Shown here in pieces: positions 12,901-25,100 of a stretch of DNA of 64,000 nt. The notes under the pieces are model-generated. The model was not told the DNA's origin and did not search any database. It saw nothing but the letters and a program-made list of their open reading frames with translations. The stretch comes from Macrostomum lignano (taxonomy: Eukaryota): contig NIVC01000572.1 of assembly GCA_002269645.1 (NCBI GenBank), positions 391,053 to 455,052 on the forward strand, in the 5' to 3' direction. The position numbers were made by a program, and so were the translations under genes. Each line of letters opens with the position of its first letter. Within the stretch, counting starts at the first letter, position 1.

Positions 12901-14693
12901 AGGCCATCGGAGGTAAACTAAACAGAATTATATATGATATCATAAACTCTGCAAAACGGTACATGCATCATGTCTAACTGCAACTTTTTACACTGGACAA
13001 AGTTGATTATCGGGTAGAACTTATAGATGCATCTGTTTTGCATTGCTAATGTACTCGTAACATGCGTGTCTGTCTGTAACTAATGGATAACCCATGCTCA
13101 ATGCTGAGTGCAACACAAAAGTAATTATTCATATCATTATACATTGAAGATTATTTTCATCTTTCTTCAGATAGAGAAGGGCCCAAATTCGTTAGATTAG
13201 CAATCCGCAAGCACTAGATTAGCAATCCACACGGGCTAGATTAGCAATCCGCAAGCACTAGATTAGCAATCCACACGGGCTAGATTAGCAATCCACATGC
13301 ACTAGATTAGCAATCCACAAGGGCTAGATTAGCAATCCACATGGGCTAGATTAGCAATCCACACGGGCTAGATTAGCAATCCACATGCACTAGATTAGCA
13401 ATCCACAAGGGCTAGATTAGCAATCCACATGCACTAGATTAGCAATCCACAAGGGCTAGATTAGCAATCCAAATGGGCTAGATTAGCAATCCACATGGGC
13501 TAGATTAGCCATCCACAAGGGCTAGATTAGCAATCCACATGGGCTAGATTAGCCATCCACAAGGGCTAGATTATCAACCCACATGGGCTGGATTATCAAT
13601 CCACATGGGCTGGATTAGCAATCCACAAGGGCTAGATTAGCAATCCACATGCACTAGATTAGCAATCCACATGGGCTAGATTAGCAATCCACATGGGCTA
13701 GATTAGCAATCCACATGCACTAGATTAGCAATCCACATGGGCTAGATTAGCAATCCACATGGGCTAGATTAGCAATCCACATGCACTAGATTAGCAATCC
13801 ACATGGGCTAGATTATCAATCCACATGGGCTAGATTAGCAATCCACATGCACTAGATTAGCAATCCACATGCACTAGATTAGCAATCCACATGCACTAGA
13901 TTAGCAATCCACACGGGCTAGATTAGCAATCCACATGCACTAGATTAGCAATCCACACGGGCTAGATTAGCAATCCACATGCACTAGATTAGCAATCCAC
14001 ACGGGCTCACCTCCACTCGCATGCCGCTAGTGGAGTTGGGCAGTAGGGCACAGGTGCCATCAGCCCGCTGGTACACTGACGCCAGGTGCTCGGCGAGCTG
14101 CCTGCACTCCTGCCCGGTGAGGTCGGCGAGGGTCTCGCAGAAGCCCGTCAACGGGTTCAGCACGGTGCGCGGCGGCGAGCAGACGGGCAGCGGAGGCGAG
14201 CCTGGGTTGGGCGAGAAGGCGACGGCTAATAGCGATTCGCGAAAACCACCGCCTGCGCCGTTCAAGCGACGCAGTTAGCGGGGCAGGCGAGATGGAATTT
14301 AAAAATTGCGGAAAGCAAACAGTGCAACTTTCTTCTTATTAAAAAAATGTAGAAGATGCGCAGAAAAAGGCCGGCAATATTGTAGCGCAATAGCAAATCG
14401 AGTGTTTCGAAAAATACACTATAGAATGGCTGCAATCGCATTTCAGCCATCATCAGCTGCGCCAATTCTGCCTGGTGAGGGGTGGGGCGGATTGATAAAG
14501 CGGGCAGTAATGAATGCGCGCAACTGATACACGATATTGGCATGCTGGCTGGGATCGCCAAACAACTCGAAACTGCATGGGGGACTGCTACAGACCCTTG
14601 GGTGTTCCGTCTGCAATGGGACGCACTAAAAAAGACAGAAACAGACAGATGGGAAGAAACAGACACAGAAAGACAAGACAAGACAGACAGACC

Positions 14694-14763
<70 letters not shown>

Positions 14764-14827
14764 GACAGACAGACAGACAGACAGGCAGACAGACAGATAG
14801 ACAGACAGACAGACAGACTGATCTGAT

Positions 14828-14872
<45 letters not shown>

Positions 14873-16049
14873 CAGACAGACAGACACAGACAGACAGGAC
14901 AGGCAGGCAGAAACAGACAAACAGGGCAGGCAGGCAGAAACAGACAAACAGACAGAAACAGACACAGGCAGACACAGACAGAAACAGACACAGCAGACAC
15001 AGATAGACAGAAACAGACACAGGCAGACACAAACAGGCAGAAACAGACACAGGCAGACACAAACAGGCAGAAACAGACACAGGCAGACAGACAGACAGAA
15101 ACAGACACAGGCAGACACAGACAAACAGAAACAGACACAGGCAGACACAAACAGACAGAAACAGACACATGCAGACAGAAACAGGCAGAAACAGACACAG
15201 GCAGACACAGACAGAAACAGACACAGCAGACACAAACAGACAGAAACAGACACAGGCAGACAGACAGAAACAGACACAGGCAGACAGACAGACAGAAACA
15301 GACACAGGCAGACACAGACAGACAGACACAGACAGGCAGACACAGACAGACTAGCACAAGAGCAGAGCAGCTCAGCGGTCTGACTATCCCACCAAGGTAC
15401 CCGGGTTCGATTCCGTGCGCAGCCAACCGCCAAGCCCCAAAGCACAGAGTGCTCATGCCCGACAATGAGAAGACAGGGCGGCTGTACACCCTGTGTAAGT
15501 GCGTGCTCAGGGGTTAGCGGAGTGAGCCTGACTGCTTGCCCTCGCACCTTCACTCGCATTGCATAGCGGACATAGGTACAGCTGAATAAAGCAGCCGCAC
15601 ACGCACATGCCATATGCTCCGTATCGGTCCATTCACCGCAGCTCCAGTCTTCCCAGCAACCCAGCAGCTTGGGGGAAAATTTATTTCCCAAAGTCCAAGG
15701 GGGCGCAGCGCCCCCAACTTGAATACGAGCGCCCCGCCCCCCGGCTATCATGGAAATTTTTCATTTAGGATTTTCTAACGCCGGGCAGGGGAGATCCGGG
15801 CTGAAAGGGGATTCGGAAAGACGACGAAGACAGAAAGGAGTGGGGAGACCGGAATGGGGGAGAGGGAGAAGCAAAGGCCAGTGCCATGATTTATTAGCGC
15901 GTGGTCAAAGCTGCACTCCCGACTGCAGACTGCCTGTCCAACTGGGCTCTTAATTGGCAGCCAACCAGACTGAAGACTGTCCGGTTCTGGCTGCTTCCTG
16001 GCTGGGTGGCAACTGCAAGTCCAGACAGTGCTGAAATATGCTAACGGAC

Positions 16050-16090
<41 letters not shown>

Positions 16091-16096
16091 GGCAGG

Positions 16097-16171
<75 letters not shown>

Positions 16172-19100
16172 TCTCACAGACCGGGCTACCCAGCAACAAA
16201 AGCAGGGGCTACATCAAAGCAAACAAAAAAGCTGATATGATGTAAGCAAAATCTGAATACTTAACAAAATCACAAAGCCTGAAGCACGGCTTCTCTGAAC
16301 TGAAAACAAACGGGGGAAACCAGAAGCCGTGAAATTTTACCCACTAGATGGTTTTGTTGTCATGGCAACAGAGCTAGTAGTCATGGTTGATGCCAGCAAT
16401 TTTATTGTGGTGCTTTTCACCTCAGCTGGCTTAGTGACCTGTTCTGTGCGTGGTCTCGCAGTTGCTGCTGCCTGGGTTGCTATGGTAATGGAAAGCAAAG
16501 GACAAACAATTATATATTATGAGTGAACTTTTAGCTTACAGTTGCCATATAAACTATCAACAATCAACTACCAGCTGCTATGGCAACTAATTAACGCTTT
16601 CCTTTATTTAAGGTTTCTATGACTACTGGTTGCTATAGCAGTTATACTAATGAATTAGCAGTATTTAATCAGTTTAATAATTACTTGTCTGAGTGGCAGC
16701 GGTAGCCTCAGTAGATGACTCATCACGGCGAGGAACCTTAGTGACGTCATCACTTGGAATGGCCAATTCTAAAAATTTGATTCATTTTTTAAAAAGAAAA
16801 CTTTTTAATCACAAAAATTTTTGTTGGCAGATCCGCACAAATATTTGTCAGCAATCAATGGAAGCAGAAATTATTTACAAATTATAAAAAAACAATCATT
16901 GTCTTGAAATTTAAAAGCATTTTTAAAGCGAATTTGCGAAATCAAGTTGATTGACTGAGAAATTATTCAACAAAAAATTAACAATAGAAATAGCGATTCC
17001 GGTTAAAACTATCTAAAAGATATTTTTGTGCTATGCAATGCTTATACATATATTATTAAGCTGCATTGCTGAAAATTCTTAGCTAATGAAGTACTGAGCA
17101 GACAGCTGTTTTAGAGCAGTTTCTTGTGCCACTGTGGCATTGCAGTGTACTCCGCAGTTATGGAACATGAGTTAGACAGGGTCTCAATGATGGATCATGA
17201 GTTAGACAGGGTCTCAATGATGGATCATGAGTTAGACAGGGTCTCAATGATGGATCATGAGTTAGACAGGGTCTCAATGATGGATCATGAGTTAGACAGG
17301 GTCTCAATGATGGATCATGAGTTAGACAGGGTCTCAATGATGGATCATGAGTTAGACAGGGTCTCAATGATGGAACATGAGTTAGACAGGGTCTCAATGA
17401 TGAAACATGAGTTAGACAGGGTCTCAATGATGAAACATGAGTTAGACAGGGTCTCAATGATGAAACATGAGTTAGACAGGGTCTCAATGATGGCATATGA
17501 GTTAGACAGGGTCTCAATGATGAAACATGAGTTAGACAGGGTCTCAATGATGAAAAATGAGTTAGACAGGGTCTCATTGATGACATATGAGTTAAACAGG
17601 ATCTCAATGGTAAAACATGATTTAGACAGGGTCTCAATGGTGGAACATGAGTTAGACAGGGTCTCATTGATGACATATGAGTTAGACAGGATCTCAATGG
17701 TGAAACATGAGTTAGACAGGGTTTCAATGGTGGAACATGAGTTAGACAGGGTCTCATTGATGACATATGAGTTAGACAGGATCTCAATGGTGAAACATGA
17801 GTTAGACAGGGAACATGAGTTAGATAAAGTCTCAATGATTTGATTTTATGTATTTGTGTTTCATTAAAAAAATCGAGCCCGCTTCTCTAAAAAGATGACG
17901 TACAGAGAACTTCGGCAAGGTCGCACCTAGGCGCCGGTGAATTGCTTACACAGGCGGACATACTTACTACAGTAGAAGGAAATGGACAGCTTTTTACGCC
18001 GCTTAGGGCACTGATCGAACACAGATGACAGGGACTCCGGATTGTGAATGCTGCAGTTAACTGGCCTAGAGTTAAAGCAGCTAGTCCTGCGGCGACAATA
18101 GTAGGTGACAATATGCAATAACAGTACACGAAAGAATACGCAAGCAGTCAGCACTATAAAAAGGCCTTTTTGAGTGACACTTATTAAACAGGTGCGTAGA
18201 CAACTGTTTATAATATGGCGCATGCCAGTAACTACATCTTGATAAGAGTTAGTGTCACGTGTAACTGTGCATCAAATTCTATAAATAGAAATTTTATATT
18301 GAGCAAGGAAAGTACAGCCAATGCAACAAAACTTTGGCATCGTGACAAATTGCTTCATTTTATTGCATTTCATCAATTGTTTTTTAATTCATGCGATGCG
18401 GAGCTCTAAACAATGAGGGGTGGTGGCGGTCACTGAGGAATGGGGGTGGTGGCGGTCACTGAGGAATAGGGGTGGTGGCGGTCACTGAGGAATGGGGGTG
18501 GTGGCGGTCACTGAGGAATGACTGAGGAATGGTTGGTGGCGACCACTGAGGAATGGAGTGGTGTGGGCCATGAGGAATGGGGGTGGCAGCCACTGAGGAA
18601 TGGGAGTGGCTGCCACTGAGGAATGGGAGTGGCTGCCACTGAGGAATGGGAGTGGCTGCCACTGAGGAATGGGAGTGGCTGCCACTGAGGAATGGGGGTA
18701 GCAGCCACTGAGGAATAGTGGGTGGCGGCCACTGAGGATGGGGGTGGTCGCGGCCATTGAGAAATGGGGGTGGTGGCAGCCACTGAGGAATGGAGGTGGT
18801 GGCGGCTATTGAGGAATGGGGGTGGGGTGGCGGCCACTGAGGATGGGGATGGTGTCAGCCACTGAGGAATGGGGTGGGGTGGCGGCCACTGAGGATGGGG
18901 ATGGTGTCAGCCACTTAGGAATGGGTCAGGTTGGTGGTGGCCACTGAGGATGGGGGGTGGGCTCTAAATTAAGAGTTAGCTGGTGACAGCAAGACACTAC
19001 AAGGTTAAAAACACCATTAGAACTAGACACAATAAGAGCAAAGTGATGAAATACTACCGTGCAGTTTTACAAAATCTAATTAATATGGCAGTTGAAAAAT

Positions 19101-22100
19101 AGATTAAATCAAATCAATAGACGGCTACCAAAGCATTCAAGGTGACAGATAGGAAACACGAAAGCATGCTATTAATTTCCTAGTAACCAAGGCAGGCAGG
19201 TTAGAGCCATAGACAACAGATCTGTCTATGCTAACTAAAAAGTAAGGTAAGCTGCGTGACAACACAGTCTCGAGCACAATGAGCAGTCCAACAAGTGACT
19301 TTCTTACTCTGCAACTCGATTTTAAGCCGATACGATCTGCTACTCAAGCCGGCGCATCCGGTGCTGGTAGAATTTCTTTCTCCAAATTCCGCTAAAGACC
19401 TATTGTAACACTGCTCTACCACAGACTGCTCCAGACGAATTGTACAAACTGGATTGCCTTTCACTAGCTTAATCTCATCCAGGATTGTCTTTACCATGGA
19501 GTCATAGCACTCGGTCAGCTCTCTGGAACGCGGGAGACCCGAACAGTTTTTTGAAAGGATTGTTTGGGGTACTTTGTCGCTGAGCTTGGAAGCTTAATAA
19601 TAGATCTGTGAGCCAGCTGAAAAATCTATACTGTAATCTGTAGACTGTAGTAGTCTGTAGCCTGTACATACACTGTAAATCTTATGGGTCCGGATAAGGT
19701 CCGAATTGCATAATGCGGACCTTCATGCCTGAAGGCGGACCTTCATGTCTGAAGGTCCGATTTTTTTGGTCAGAGAAAACGAATGAAATTTTTTCAAGTG
19801 CCCTCAAATGATATTTTTTTAAGCACACGCGAGATTTTATAGAGAAAATCGGACTGGAAATAAATTTAGGTTTTATACCACCGTATTTTTTGCCGCATAA
19901 AAACACAAATAAAATTATCCGTCAAATGTAATTGCATCAATCGAAAGCTCTAAATGCCTTAAATTAAAGGAATTATATATTGTATTCCTTTTAACAGGTA
20001 CAAGCGCATTTCTAACACAGATCAAAAATATGTTGGGAACTTTTGTTTCACTCTACTAACTTCGAACATTTAGATTGTTGCGTGCAATTCGTTCTGATCA
20101 AACCTAAAAATTAGTGCTTTTTAAACGTTTTTACGCGTTGTCCATTCCACAACGACGAATTTAGTAGGCTTATCCACTGTCCAGGATATGTTAAATGGAG
20201 ATGAAAATGTAATTTCAAAACTATTTCAATGTAGTATATGTCTTCATACACACAAGGATTTATTTAAGCTTATAAGTCATATAAAACTATACCATTCTTT
20301 TGGGAATAGCAATTTTTTATGTCCAGTTAGGGGATGTTACCATATTAGTGTTACAATTGAAGGATTACAAGCACATGCCTATCGTATGCACAAAAACAGT
20401 GTTGTTGATAATTTTTCCCAAGACCAAGTTCTACAGCCAAATTGTGTTCATAATAACCCTACTCTAGACTTATTAGGAAACCCTTTAGAAAATGAATTGC
20501 AAGCTGTGCCTATAGATATAGCCATATTATCTACTATTTGTAACCAAGTTGAAAATGAAAAAAAAGACCCTGAATTTGAAATGTCTAGTGATTTTTTATG
20601 TGAAAATACAAGAAAACATCTTGCTGAAAATTTTGTTTACTTTTATCTAAAGTCTAGACATTTCTTTTTAATTCCTAAAAGCAAATCTAATCAATTATGT
20701 GAACTTGTTAAGGAAATAGTATTGAAGTTTGCTGATGACTATTTTTTGTTATTTGAGCAATTTTTAAAAGAAGAATGTCCTTCAATAGTTAACAGCTATA
20801 ATTCTTATAAAAATAAATTAAATTTGCAAGAAATGATTGACCTTTCATTAGAGCATCTATTAAGTAATAAAAAAATATTTGAAATTTTACAAAACAAGTT
20901 TAATTTTGTTGAGCCCATTGAAATCATAGATGAAGAATCAAAATTAAAAATTCTATATATTCCAATAAAAGAAACACTTAGTTCTATTATAAAAAATGAG
21001 ACATTGCTTAAGTATATTATTACAAATTCTTATTTAAATGCAACCAACAAAGAAAATTTTTTTTTCAAGTCTACTTATTTTGAAGAACATATTAGTCCAT
21101 TGTTAACAAATAAGAATGGTATATTCATAAAACTTTATTCAGATGAAATTGAAATATGTAATCCTATTGGGTCTGCCAAAACAAAACATAAATTATGTGT
21201 AGTATACTTTACTATTCTTAATTTCCCTGAATATCTTAGTTCATCTTCAGACTTATATTTTCTTTTAACAGTATTTAATGATTCAAATGTTAAAAAGAAA
21301 GGTTTACAGTTTTGTTTATTTCCATTAATTAGAGAGCTGAATGAGCTTTACTTTGAAGAATTTCAAATAAGTAATTTGATAAAAATGCCTGTTATTGCTG
21401 CTTTCATGACTGGGGATAATTTATCAATACATAGAATGTTAGGTATGCAAACTTGGTTTTCAAGTGGTTATATTTGTAGATTTTGTTTTATAGGTTATAA
21501 ACAGCTTTGTAGCATTAGATTAGAAGAATTAAGTACATTATTCCTATTTGAATATCAGATAATTCATCATATATTGAAGATTTTAAATCCTTAAGTAATG
21601 GTTTAATTTCACCATCTGTGTTTAGAAGTGTAGCATATATTAACTTTCAATATTTTTTCCCCCTGATATAATGCATGATGTGTTTGAAGGGTTTTCTCAT
21701 GTTGTTATATGTATTATTCTATTAAGTATTATTCAAAATCATAATATTAGTATAGACTATATAAACAAACAACTAAATTTGATTAAAGAAGTCAGTATTC
21801 CTACAATAAATAAATATCACTTACAAAATTATCATCTACCATGTACTTCTAATCAAATAATTGTTATTCTACAATACTTTGGACTTTTATTTGGACATTT
21901 GTTTGAGTTGGATGATGATATTTGGATATTATTTAATTGTCACAGGCAGTTTCTTGACATAATTTTGTCCCCATATGATAGTAGCATAAACTTAGAATAT
22001 TTTCAATCTCTTATTTCTGGCCAATTAGAATTAATATATAGAAACACGGGCTTCAATCCTAAATATAAATGTAAATTGCATTATATATGTCACTATCCTG

Positions 22101-25100
22101 AATTTTATCATTATTATAGTGGTCTTAAATACTTATGGTGTATGCGAGGTGAAGCTCATCATCAATTGCTTAAGAATATAAACAGGCATGCAAGAAATTT
22201 CAAAAATCCTGCCTATACATGTGCAAAACAATATCAAATTCAAAAGGCACTTATCATTAAGCACTATGAACCAGGTACAATTAAGAGCCATAATATAAAT
22301 CCTATTAGCTTAAATATGCTATTGACAATAGATGAACAAACTGAGTTATGCAACAACATGAATTTAGATACAGACTCAATTATTGGCACTATTTGTCTTT
22401 CTACTAATGAACTAAAATATCAGGGGTTTGTATATCGGACTCCAACATTAAATTACCGTTATTGTTTGCCAATTTTAGAACCAACTGGAATTGCTTTAGC
22501 ATTAATTAGCCATATTATTCAACTTTCCAACAAGTGGATAATTATTTGTAAAAAAGTGAATGCTAAATTTTCTTGTCATTATAGCAGTTTTATATGCACT
22601 GTGAATAATGACCATTTAGTATTTATTGAACCTACTCAGCACTTTTTTCATCAGCCAATTCCATTTTTAATGTATCAAGGGAAACTTTTTCTTTCTTTAA
22701 AATATTATCCAATGCTACATTGCCAAAACATTGATCAATAATCTACAATCTTAGTGGGTATCATTTTAGATAAATTTAAGCATATAACAATATGGCATAC
22801 ACTTGCACTTCATAAAATAACAAATTATTACAAGGGCCACCTTGCCTCTAGCACAAGGAACTGTGCTCTCCACCTTACATAGATTTCTGGCCTATAGGTG
22901 TCTAACCTTTTTATGATAGGTCGGCTTGCCCTTCCTTGACTAGGCTAGTTCTATGTAGATGGTGCAGGTTTTCGAACCATTTCTTGCCTAAAATGGGTTC
23001 ATCCTCTGTCTAAGCTTGTTGAAGCTTCAGCTTTTAGTATTGAAGAGTGAAGATTGTTCAGAAAAAAGCAACAAAAAAACAAAAACATCATAAAAACACT
23101 AAACATTTTGTTGTCACAGTCATTACTTATGGCTGCAAGGTATGGGGTCCACTGGCCAGGCAATCAAAAATTAAGGATCTGGATAATATTCAATTGAAAT
23201 TCTATAAGTCTCTCCTTAAATTCTTAATCTACCAGAGCATACATACAAGCAATAAAGTCATACTCAATGAACTCAACATTCTTCCTATTTCTGAAATCAT
23301 TAAGAAAAGGTACCTCCTTTTCTGGTTAAAACTTATTTAAAGCTAACTCTACTACCACTAGTCTCTTTAACAACAATGACAATCCAATTGATCCTTGGAA
23401 GAAAGCCATCTCACAGCAACTTAAAGGCATTGATCTAATGCAAAAACTTCTACTGTTTAAATTGTATTGTCCATTATTGACAACTTTTGTTAACACTAAG
23501 TTATTCATATCTAATTAAATACACTCTATTAACATAACGGGCACTACTTGCCCAAGCCAATTAACTACTACTACTACTACTACTACTACATTAAGTCAAG
23601 CCAAGGACAAAAGCCGAAAAATCATAATGAACAAGAATTCCTTGGCTTTATAAATTCATTTTATCTGTGTCTTACCAGATGTATTCTGATTGAGGTTGTG
23701 CACATCATACCTCATTTCAGCTTCGAATCTGCAACGGCTCAGAGGAGCGCAAGAAGCTCCTTCCAGCTTCTGGCCTGACCTTGGCGGACCTTCGCATCAA
23801 AGGTTGTTTAAAATTGGACATTGCAGATGTTGAAAATGTTCGCATTGTCACTTCTGACGGTTTCGAAATCGACGACGATGATTTAATATCGGAGGTGGCA
23901 AAGGAATGTAGAACTGTGTACTTCCTTCTTTCTGGAGAGTTGCTTCCAAGCTGCGGTGCATGCCCTGTAGAACCTTCAACTACACCAAAGCAGCAAAGCG
24001 AAATACGCAATGTCGAGATTGCCACAACACCGAGTCGAGGCACACAGGCTCTGAGTCCAAATCCAGCTGTAGCAGCTACGGCTGCAACTACACTTCCATG
24101 GCCCGAAGTGTACTCGCTTCCACGAATGGACGATCTCGCCAACGCCCTTCGTGATCTACGAATGCACCCCGAAAAGGGTTCCGATTTAAAAATGAACGCG
24201 ACGTTTGTCAACAAGTTCCTTAAATTCATCGTCGATCACATCTGTTTGAACTATCTGTCGCCAAATGAACCATACCTGTCATCTAGCCAGATAACAGATG
24301 TGTGCACTTCCATAATCCATAGTAACTTCGTATCCTGGACTGAAGGACACCTCATTAAGTGGGAGCTCAAGCTTTTGGCGCCAAAAGCTTATTCGGCGTT
24401 TCAAAGAGCTCCGGTTCGTTGGCGACTTTGTCGACAAGAGCAGCCCAACGGTTCAGGAGATGCGACGGAAGCATGGTCGACTTGGTCATCGGCGTATAAT
24501 TCTACCAAATGCTGCTGCAGCTGCTGCAGGCCCAAGTGCGGTTACTGTGAGCCAAAGGCATAAACGGCAGTACAAGGAAGTTGAAGGCCAGGAAGATGAT
24601 GACGACAATGAAATTATAGCTTCACGTGCTAAAAGAGCCAACAAGCAGCGTATCAACGACGACGAAGATCTGATCGAAGAAGAAGGCGATGATGATAGTG
24701 ATGCAGACGATGCTGGCAGTGCAATGGCGAAGAGCGTTGACTTCGGCGAGTTCGATACCGATGTACCACCGTCACACGAAGCTCGTCGAACGAGATTGAA
24801 CGAGACTCATCATGACTCTTCAATATCAGACGTTCTCAACGAAATGCAGGCTCTGTTTCCGATTCGAATATTGCGGTGCCAAGATTTGACGGTTAGTGAC
24901 GAAATTGCCTTATATGCGCCACTGGTAAACATCGCAGTACTGCAGCAGGAGGCGTATCTCATGATCCAGACATACAACAGAAGCAAAACTGACTATGTAC
25001 TTCCACCAAGTCCATCGGAAATGAGAAGCAGGATTATTAACGCCTTGTTGCTTGTGTACAGTAAAAGGCAGTTGCTAAAAAATTTCAAGCTGTGCAAGGA

